Of a stretch of 44,943 nucleotides of DNA, positions 35,858 to 44,943 are shown in pieces. The position numbers and the translations under genes are program-made. The stretch comes from Octopus bimaculoides. Its lineage: Eukaryota. The notes under the pieces were generated by a model, which worked only from the letters and a program-made list of their open reading frames with translations, had not been told where the DNA came from and did no database searches. The DNA is taken from assembly GCF_001194135.2 (NCBI RefSeq), contig NC_068991.1:25468243-25513185 (forward strand). Reading direction: 5' to 3'. Positions within the stretch are counted from its first letter, which is position 1. Each line of letters begins with the position of its first letter.

Positions 35858-35976
35858 TCTCTCGTTCGTGTCTCTCTCTCGTTCGTGTCTCTCTCTCGTT
35901 CGTGTCTCTCTCTCGTTCGTGTCTCTCTCTCGTTCGTGTCTCTCTCTCGTTCGTGTCTCTCTCTCGTTCGTGTCTC
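35858..35976. repeat. Homogeneous 17-bp minisatellite (tctctctctcgttcgtg)n running into an N-gap
   Basis: Seven identical units at period 17. Confidence 0.95.
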
Positions 35977-36619
35977 NNNNNNNNNNNNNNNNNNNNNNNN
36001 NNNNNNNNNNNNNNNNNNNNNNNNNNNNNNNNNNNNNNNNNNNNNNNNNNNNNNNNNNNNNNNNNNNNNNNNNNNNNNNNNNNNNNNNNNNNNNNNNNNN
36101 NNNNNNNNNNNNNNNNNNNNNNNNNNNNNNNNNNNNNNNNNNNNNNNNNNNNNNNNNNNNNNNNNNNNNNNNNNNNNNNNNNNNNNNNNNNNNNNNNNNN
36201 NNNNNNNNNNNNNNNNNNNNNNNNNNNNNNNNNNNNNNNNATATGTATATTCCTCACGAATCCCTGAAGAGGGTGAAAGCGCTGGTATATATCCAATTTC
36301 TGACTGACTCCTCGAATATATTTGAAATCTGTACACCACTTCCATCCACTTCTTCCTTTCTCCTTTCCTCTCCTTCTTCCTCCTTCTGTTTCTAGAATTC
36401 TTTCCCTTTCAATGTGTGCACCGTATGTTTAGTCATTGCCTGCCGTCCACTTATACTTCTTATGTGTTAACTCTCCCTTCTACTCTCTATTCTCCTATCA
36501 CCGTATGATGTCAATCGTGATTGGAGGTTCAACTAAACACAATTTATACCGGCTATTACTAGAGATTCAAGGCAGCAAACTAGCAGTATATTTAGCACGC
36601 CGGAAAAAAAAAACGGTTA

Positions 36620-37241
36620 GTGGCATCAAATTCCTCTACTGACACAAAGACGTGGCGACGTCGATAGATGATCCTGCCGAATCAACGAATGATCATCAAT
36701 GAAGTGGCATGTTCTTTGAGAATTAATCATGGTTATCCATACGAAATTATTTACGGCAAACTTCGCTTCCCTAAAGTCTGTGCGTGATCTTACTGGAGCG
36801 CATAAACACAATCGCGTGGAGATCTGTCAACGCTTACTTGATCGCTAGAACGATGGAAATGAAGCTTTTTTTGGAGAGAATAGTCATAGCAGATGAGACT
36901 TAGGTCTAACATTTGAGCCAGAATCCGTCCGAAACATAAAGTTTGGAGCGGAAACATCTGGAATCGCCAGCGATAAAGAAATCCAAGACTAACCGGTTTT
37001 TCGGGCGCAAAAGAGCTTATAGTGGAACATTACTCTGAAAAGGGATCTACAGTCACCAGTGTAGGCTACAGTCAAATGCTGGCCAGCGACAAGAGCTGCG
37101 GTCAAAGCAAGTGTTATTATTGCACAACAATGCACACACACATACAGACACCCACACCATTGAAACTATTGAAAAATTAGGATTTCGCTTTCTTGGAACA
37201 CCCTGCATATAGTTCAGATCACGCCCCTTCCGAATATCACA

Positions 37242-37340
<99 letters not shown>

Positions 37341-37600
37341 ACACACACACACATATGGACAGCACAAACATTCTTTACGCGGCTGTAGATTTGTTAGGAG
37401 AAAGAAACATAAGGAGGTGTGCATATATGGCTGCACAACCAACCGGAAACCTTCATCTCGATGGATAAGCAAGCTCGTGGACCGCTGAAAGAAGTGCCAT
37501 CGAAAAGCAGGCGTTGAAAAATGATGGAATTTTTCAACCCATGATTTTATTTTAATAAATTACAGAAACAAACGACCGCATAAATTTCGACTCGGACACA
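36620..37600 (+). pseudogene. Heavily decayed mariner (DD34D-type) transposase remnant split by a (CA)n tract
   Basis: LRFPKVCA, RIVIADET, LLLHNNAH.HT, LEHPAYSSDHAPSEYH motifs in shifting frames; (CA)n 37238-37352. Boundaries approximate. Confidence 0.85.
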
Positions 37601-37611
37601 GCTGTGACTAC

Positions 37612-37653
37612 ATAAACCTGATGATTGCGTAACGCTTGAAAGTACTAGTTTAT
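37612..37653 (+). ncRNA. Minimal type-I hammerhead-ribozyme-like motif (best preserved)
   Basis: Helix I ATAAAC/GTTTAT, intact CTGATGA, helix II ttGCG-taa-CGCtt, GAA, palindromic AGTACT, A (CUA site after 37647). Confidence 0.65.
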
Positions 37654-37737
37654 TACAATATTGTAAAAATTGTAAAAATTGCAAATAATGAAACGTGAAA
37701 ATCAGACTTAGTTGGAATTTCATTAAGATATGTATGT

Positions 37738-37920
37738 ATACTCTCTTTTACTTGTTTCAGTCATTTGACTGCGGCCATACTGGAGCACCGCCTTTAGTCG
37801 AGCATATCGACCCCAGGTCTTATTCTTTGTAAGCCTAGTACTTATTCTATCGGTCTCTTCCCACGCAGTGGGACCATGTGGTTGGTAAGCAAGCAACTTA
37901 CCACACAGCTACTCTTGCGT
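37738..37920 (-). mobile_element. SINE family 2, internally deleted but well preserved
   Basis: 3' end (37738-37859) joined directly to a shortened head (37860-37920). Confidence 0.88.
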
Positions 37921-37957
37921 ATGTATGCATGTTGGTATGTGTATATATATATAGATA

Positions 37958-37992
<35 letters not shown>

Positions 37993-38071
37993 GTGTGTGT
38001 GTGTGCCTGTGTGTGCGTGCGTGTGTGTTATTATTTGGAACAAACAGTAAAAGGATGTCGTTAATTAGGTA

Positions 38072-39318
38072 TCAGGTCATCCCATAAGTTCTGTCCGAAT
38101 TTTGAATAAAGAAAACAAGTGATCAAATGTTATATTTAATTGAAATTTAGTCATCAATGTACTTTCCCTGATTATCTATGACTTCCTTCCATCTATTTAC
38201 AAGCTTTTGAATCGCATCAATGTAAAACTCTTTTAGTTTCAAAGCGAAGAACTCTGAAATGTCAGTTTTGACCTCCTCCTGACTTGCGAAATTTATGTCC
38301 CCCAAATGATTCTGTGAACTGCGAATCAAATGGTAGTCTGAAGGAGCAAGGTCGGGAGAATCTGGTTGATGAGGAATTTTTTCCCAACCAAGCTTTTCGA
38401 TCTGCTGTAATGTGATCTTTGCAGTGTGGGGTCGCACATCGTCCTGATGAAACATCACTCCTTTTCGATTCACTAAAGCGGGTCTTTTTTTCTTCGAAGC
38501 TTGGTTCAAACGTTCTAATTGCTTAAAGTAGACTTGAGCATTGATTGTTGCATTAGTTGGTAACAATTCAAAGTGAATTACTCCTTTGCAATCCCACCAG
38601 ATAGAGAGACGAACCTTTTCCCCATGCAGTTCCCTTCTCGGTTGTGGTTGAGCTTTTTCCTGTTTACGAAGCCACTGTTTACGATAGAAGATCCATTTTT
38701 CGTCACCAGTCACAAGTCTATCCAAATAGGGTGAAATGAGTTCGCGAGAATGGAGAGAAGAGCAGATGTCAACTTGGGATTTGTGGTTGCTCTCGAACAA
38801 TTCATGAGCTACCCATTTTCCAAGTTTAGGAACTTTTCAAAGTTGTTGAAGATGACAATGAACAGTTGTATGGTTTGAACTAAGCTTTATTACCAATTCT
38901 TCAAGTAATGCCTCAAGGAGCTTATCATCAAATTCAACTGGACGTCCTGTTCGATCTTCAATTTCAAGGCTGAAATTTCCACTTCTGAATTTTGCAAACC
39001 CTCTTCTGTAAGTTCTTTCATTCAAGCATTCCTTCCCATAAACTGAGTGTATGTTTCGAGTCGCTTCGGCTGCAGAGTTTCCTTTTTTGTACTCATAAAG
39101 CATTATGTGCCTCAAATGCTCTTTGGATACTTCCAAAGAAAGGGATTTAATCAAAGAAATTGTAATTCTATTATTCTGTAAAATAATATTTAATTAGTTT
39201 AAATGTACCCAAATGCATAAAAATATTGTTAAATTCCATTAGACATTCTAAAATACTATTAAATTTCATTCAATTTTAATAAAAGGTAAAATCGGACAGA
39301 ACTTATGGGATGACCTGG
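38072..39318 (-). mobile_element. Full-length mariner (DD34D) transposon
   Basis: 27-bp TIRs tcaggtcatcccataagttctgtccga / tcggacagaacttatgggatgacctgg (1 mismatch), TA at 38070-71 and 39319-20. Confidence 0.97.
38147..39136 (-). pseudogene. Mariner transposase, in frame except for one TGA at 38837-38839
   Basis: WVAHEL, VTGDEKW, HQDDVRPH, SPDLAPSDYH (34 residues between the last two Asp); the two listed ORFs share one frame. Confidence 0.95.
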
Positions 39319-42300
39319 TACTTAAATTGAGGTACCTTGCCAGTTCGGTATAGTCCGCAGATCTCAAAGTTAGAACAGAATGTAATTAAGTAACAAGGAT
39401 GTACAGGTGTCAATACATTACGACTGGTTCAAGCGGCTCCATTTAACTGATGAATGAAAACATTACATCAAATCTGAAATAAACCGCTCTCTTCAGACGT
39501 AGATGACCAATAGATTTCAAGCACAAATATAAAACCATTTAAAACAAATTTACATTAATAATAGAAATCAAAATAATTACATTGTTTCCTTTTGCTATAT
39601 CTGTGGCAGGACGAGTTAAGAAAATTATGCATTTGTTATTAAGCTTACTATAATTTAGAGAGTAGCTGAGGAAAAATACTGAAGGACAAGATAAAAAGAG
39701 TGGTGACGTAGTTATTTATTTTTAGATTTTATGCAGCATGTGGTCTTCAACCATTTAGAATTGAATCCATTGGGAGTTGTCAACTGTATTCTAGTTGATG
39801 ATGTTAAATCAATTAATGTTAGACAATCACCCAGGCCCTCATTATACTGGAACCCTATATCTAGCCGCAGAGCTGCTTGTAAGAGGCGATAACTAGAAGA
39901 AGGAAGGATAGAGGTGGCCAATACTTATCTAGATTATCAAATAAAGGGGAATATAATGAAAAAGAAAAAAGATAAGTAATATAAGCTTTAAGGGTAGAAA
40001 TTAGAATTGAGGGATACGGGAGGTAGTAATTCATAACTGAGCAAATTTATTATATTAAATTGAGAAAGTTTAAATCAATATATAGAAAAAGGATAGAAAC
40101 TAAGCTTAAAACCTAATAATGGGAGACATTAATATATAATAAAAACTGTTAAAGCATTTACAAAGCACACCGTTAAGGTGGTCATGATAAAACCATTCTA
40201 CAATGAATGTATAAATGAAATAAATGATCATCTGTGTAGGAGTACGTAGTAAATATTAAAGCAATAACAAGGACTATTTTCTTCATTACGGGTGGTTAAT
40301 TATAAGATATCGAAAATATGGAATCCATTATAAGAGGTATTTGAATTTTTTGTATGTGTACATATGCACGTATGCATGTATCAGTGTATACGCACACGCA
40401 TTTATATATATATGTATATATATATATATATATATATNNNNNNNNNNNNNNNNNNNNNNNNNNNNNNNNNNNNNNNNNNNNNNNNNNNNNNNNNNNNNNN
40501 NNNNNNNNNNNNNNNNNNNNNNNNNNNNNNNNNNNNNNNNNNNNNNNNNNNNNNNNNNNNNNNNNNNNNNNNNNNNNNNNNNNNNNNNNNNNNNNNNNNN
40601 NNNNNNNNNNNNNNNNNNNNNNNNNNNNNNNNNNNNNNNNNNNNNNNNNNNNNNNNNNNNNNNNNNNNNNNNNNNNNNNNNNNNNNNNNNNNNNNNNNNN
40701 NNNNNNNNNNNNNNNNNNNNNNNNNNNNNNNNNNNNNNNNNNNNNNNNNNNNNNNNNNNNNNNNNNNNNNNNNNNNNNNNNNNNNNNNNNNNNNNNNNNN
40801 NNNNNNNNNNNNNNNNNNNNNNNNNNNNNNNNNNNNNNNNNNNNNNNNNNNNNNNNNNNNNNNNNNNNNNNNNNNNNNNNNNNNNNNNNNNNNNNNNNNN
40901 NNNNNNNNNNNNNNNNNNNNNNNNTATATATATATATATATATATATATGAATGCGAGCATATGTACATATACACATATGCATAGATACATATATGTAAG
41001 TAGAGTAGAACACCTTTTCTGTATATCATTATTGATGTCATTAATCAGCAATCAGCAAAATTTGGTAGGTAACTCAAACATCAATAATTGTATACAGCAT
41101 TTACGTAAATTAACGCATAATCATATGTAATGTGGTTTGAAGTGAAATGGAAGTTAATCAAATGTATTCAATATGAAACATATCTCTATCTCTATCTCGT
41201 CTCATATTTGTTTAACTCTTGCTCTTCTTTCGAGGGGTCAAGACTCTGTATTATATTGAGTACTTCATATGCATCAAATGAATGCAGTACATACATACAT
41301 ACATACATATATACATACATACATACATACACATGTATAATATGCGTATCTTCAATTATTCGAAGTTGAATCGTCAGCTTGTAACAACTATGAGTGTCTC
41401 GTATTATATTTTCCAGTCAGGGTTTTCTTTGTCGTTTTGAAGAGCTAAGAGATTTGTGCCTCTTGGCATTGATGTCATTAATCAGTTTAGATTTCAGCTG
41501 GTTGTATCATTATTTTCCCAAGCCGCCTATTATTCGACGTCTTTTCTGTTTTGTCATATTCATCACAATCATTGTTATAATTTTCTGATACATAAGAAAA
41601 AGCGTTTTATTATTTTGTTGACAACGGTAAAACAAATAAAAGCACGCCAACGATATTCCGTGTAAGGCATTACTGGAACTGGTAGAAACAATACCTAAAT
41701 CCATAATTCAACTCACTGGTTTTAAATTTAGAAGAATACATTCGATAGTATAGTCAAAGGTAAGTTGAAAATCGAAAGGGCGGTCGAGGCTGAAATGCTT
41801 TTAATCATAGGTCTGCTCAAACATCATTGACAAGTAACAAAAACAACAAAATGTAAACGATACAAACAAAAAGAAAAAAAAATGAATTAGTATCATGCTT
41901 CGATGGAAACTATTTCAGAAGTACGGAAGTGAACTGTTACCTCAACAGAGCTAATCAGTTGCCATACTAATGAATCGATGAATTACAAACTAGATAATTA
42001 AAAAACAATTTCTTAAATTGACAAAAGGTACTAAATAATTATTCTCGCTAAATTGCAAATTTGTGTTAAAGAGTACGAAATTAAGTGTAATTAAGATAAT
42101 TATTATAATTATGAATTAATGAAAACATATTCTTTATATCCCTCTCTTTTCTCTGTTGCATACTGTAATTTTGTATCTATACGAAAACATATCGTTTACA
42201 TCCCTCCTCGCTCTCTCTGTTGGTTTCATACACTACTTCTATGTCTTCACAGATGTATACTTTATATCGATAGCAGTAAAAGAACACATAGAAAACTGGC

Positions 42301-42674
42301 GATGTGCAACGATGTCTAGGCAGTTATTGTAATGAATTAGGAAGAAAACAGGTAGCTGTCAGCAAAAGCAATTGAGAATTTGTATACCGATTTGTAAAAT
42401 AGCGAACTGGTTTGCTGGGGAGCATCAGGGAATATTTAGGGAGGAAAATAGTGGAAAACTTGACAAGGGAAGATGGCATTTGCATCTTTCATTGTGTACC
42501 TTACGGCCGTTCTAAGTTTGGAGCTCATGTAATTGGCAATGACAAGGCTACTTAAAGAAATACCTTATATCTAAAGATGTCAATAAATAAGAGGTAGGTA
42601 TCTACGGTTGTCAAGGGATGAGAAAAAGTGAAAGAAAAGAGAGGGGAGAATTTTCAATATTGTTACACCATGGA

Positions 42675-42885
42675 AGGTGGCGAGGGGGGCAGAATCATAA
42701 GCATGCTGGGCAAAGTGATTAGCGGCATTTCGTCTGTCTTAACGTTCTGAGTTCAAACTCCGCCGTGGTCCACTTTGCCTTTCATCATTTCGGGATGGAT
42801 AAAATAAGTACCAGTGAGCGCTAGGGTCGATGTAATCGACTTATACCTCACGCAAAATTGCTGGCTTTGCGCAAAATTCTGGAAG
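42675..42885 (+). mobile_element. tRNA-derived SINE, family 1, with diverged TSD
   Basis: Family core; flanks caatattgttacacca (42655-70) and caatattcttgcacca (42886-901), 14 of 16 identical. Confidence 0.9.
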
Positions 42886-43620
42886 CAATATTCTTGCACC
42901 AAGTTTACCATTGTAGTAGCAAGCCTATAATCTAAGGTATGCCAGTCGTGACCATCAACTCCGTTACCCATAGACAGTACAGCAAGGAAAATATTATCAC
43001 TTTACTTTTGTCTAAGATGCTAGGGCAGGATTTATTTGAGAGATTTCTTAGGTATTTTTTTGGCATGTCTGGCAACTACATTATAATCGAGAGATTAGGG
43101 TAGTTTTGCACCGAGTAGAATATTCAAACAAGTACACTTGACCCTAGATGTCTGAGTGAGCATCTATGAGACCGCTTGATCCGATGCAAATAGCAAACAA
43201 ATGTCCGTCAAACATTAACCTGCTGTTAGTTATCTTGTAGTTATCTTGTAAATAAAAAGCTGTAATGGTCACGGATAGAGAAAGCGTTGCAGCCTTGCTT
43301 AATCAGAGTTGACATGATGTTATACAACAAAAATAAGTGCAACAATAACGACTACAACAACGTACAAAACACAAGTCCTAAAATAGTTGACAAGGAATAA
43401 ACGATTATCTTGTGGACTTCATTAGCATATAGCTGTTTCTGCTATAAGAAGCAGTGGACTCGTAAGCTGATAAAGTTAATAGGATAATTGTTTATTCTTG
43501 TGTCATCTTATTTTCTTATTACCGCACTGCACGCGACTAATGCTTCATTCAGAAGCATATGTATATTGAGGTCTACACCAGGTTATTTGTTTCACAATGC
43601 CTAAGCGAAATTAAAAAACC

Positions 43621-43677
<57 letters not shown>

Positions 43678-44604
43678 NNNNNNNNNNNNNNNNNNNNNNN
43701 NNNNNNNNNNNNNNNNNNNNNNNNNNNNNNNNNNNNNNNNNNNNNNNNNNNNNNNNNNNNNNNNNNNNNNNNNNNNNNNNNNNNNNNNNNNNNNNNNNNN
43801 NNNNNNNNNNNNNNNNNNNNNNNNNNNNNNNNNNNNTATATATATATATATATATATATATGGCGGCGTGCGTACACTTTGGGCTCTTATATGTAAGTAT
43901 ACATTTTCTAAATCTTATACGACTCTATTTCTATCTATCAACCCTTTCATTCTTATTCGTTCACTCCACTCTTCGTTCTTTCGTTCCCCCTCTCTCACAT
44001 TTCCTTGCCTTCTCTTCTTTCTCACTTTCCCTAGCCAACCACTACAGTTGTCACCTTCTCTTCACAACCTCTTCTAATTATCATAAACTCATCCGTTGTT
44101 CATCGTTCATTATATACACAACTTCATTAATTTCCCATCACTCACTTTTCAATTCTATACATTCTTGCAATCAGTACAGATCGGGATCTTCTGCTCCCAT
44201 TCACTACGTACTTTGAGGGCCCACGGAACAGCATTACGACTGCAATTGTATATCTTCTCTTCTCTACCTCGATGAATCCCTCCCTCCCTTCTAAAATATG
44301 AGTAGCAATGTGCTCCTTCTACATGCACGTAAGCTATTCTACTCTGGCGATTTCTCTTGTACTTTAAACACACATCTTCTGTTATAAAGCCACCTCTTTC
44401 GGCGTTTGTAGTCTTCCAAGCTGCATGACAACTTCACTTGTGCTGGTGATAAAAAAATATCAACCGTTACACCACTGTAAAGCGGCTGGCTTTAGCAAAG
44501 TGATCCAACCATTGAAATCACACCAAGCAGATACTAGCGCAAGATGCAGTTCTAGAACTGTGGAATGCTGTCAGATGGTTCAGGCATGCCAGTATTATAC
44601 TAGG

Positions 44605-44677
44605 ACGTCAAATAAAGATGATAATGAAGATGGTGATAATGATGATAATGATGACCGTGATGATTATGATGATCAGA
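44605..44677. repeat. GAT-rich trinucleotide tract
   Basis: Direct reading. Confidence 0.85.
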
Positions 44678-44895
44678 TTTAAAATGTACTGGGATGTGAC
44701 GATTTGCTACTTTTCACATAGCCACTTGAATTTAATCTCAAACTTGCTATGCAATAATCCTACGACCAATGTATCGCAATAATTATTATACTTAAATATA
44801 ACAAGGCTAGAGTACTTGTGCAATTCTCAGCTTTATTGATATATAATATTAACATACTAACAACCAATATCTACGTTTGCTATATAAGTATGTAA

Positions 44896-44943
<48 letters not shown>

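Noticed and set aside
36262-36300. CTGAAGA followed by GGGT..ATCC
   Set aside because: No GAAA after the stem.
43010-43240. Possible decayed inverted repeat or additional repeat family
   Set aside because: Only patchy 4-5-nt matches.
44170-44560. Possible RTE-LINE 3' remnant and a further SINE fragment
   Set aside because: Too degenerate to support from sequence alone.

Overview
AT-rich, microsatellite-saturated eukaryotic DNA from a gapped short-read assembly: 16 N-runs, most bordered by (TA)n/(CA)n/(GA)n. The SINE families look like those I recall from octopus (coleoid cephalopod) genomes; this species call is unverified inference. No host gene could be identified, only a few speculative exon candidates. 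The window holds about 25 copies or fragments of three tRNA-derived SINE families, four decayed Tc1/mariner transposons (two full-length with TIRs and TA target duplications), a 21-bp higher-order minisatellite and many simple repeats. Nearly all long ORFs in the track are microsatellite or N-gap artefacts. Three structures are not explained by this annotation. (1) Several minimal type-I hammerhead-ribozyme-like motifs, each with a different self-complementary helix III. (2) Two long near-perfect palindromes (about 625 bp and 238 bp) plus several short-loop fold-back hairpins. (3) Family-1 SINE copies repeatedly inserted just upstream of the Pol III head of an older copy, forming head-to-tail chains.
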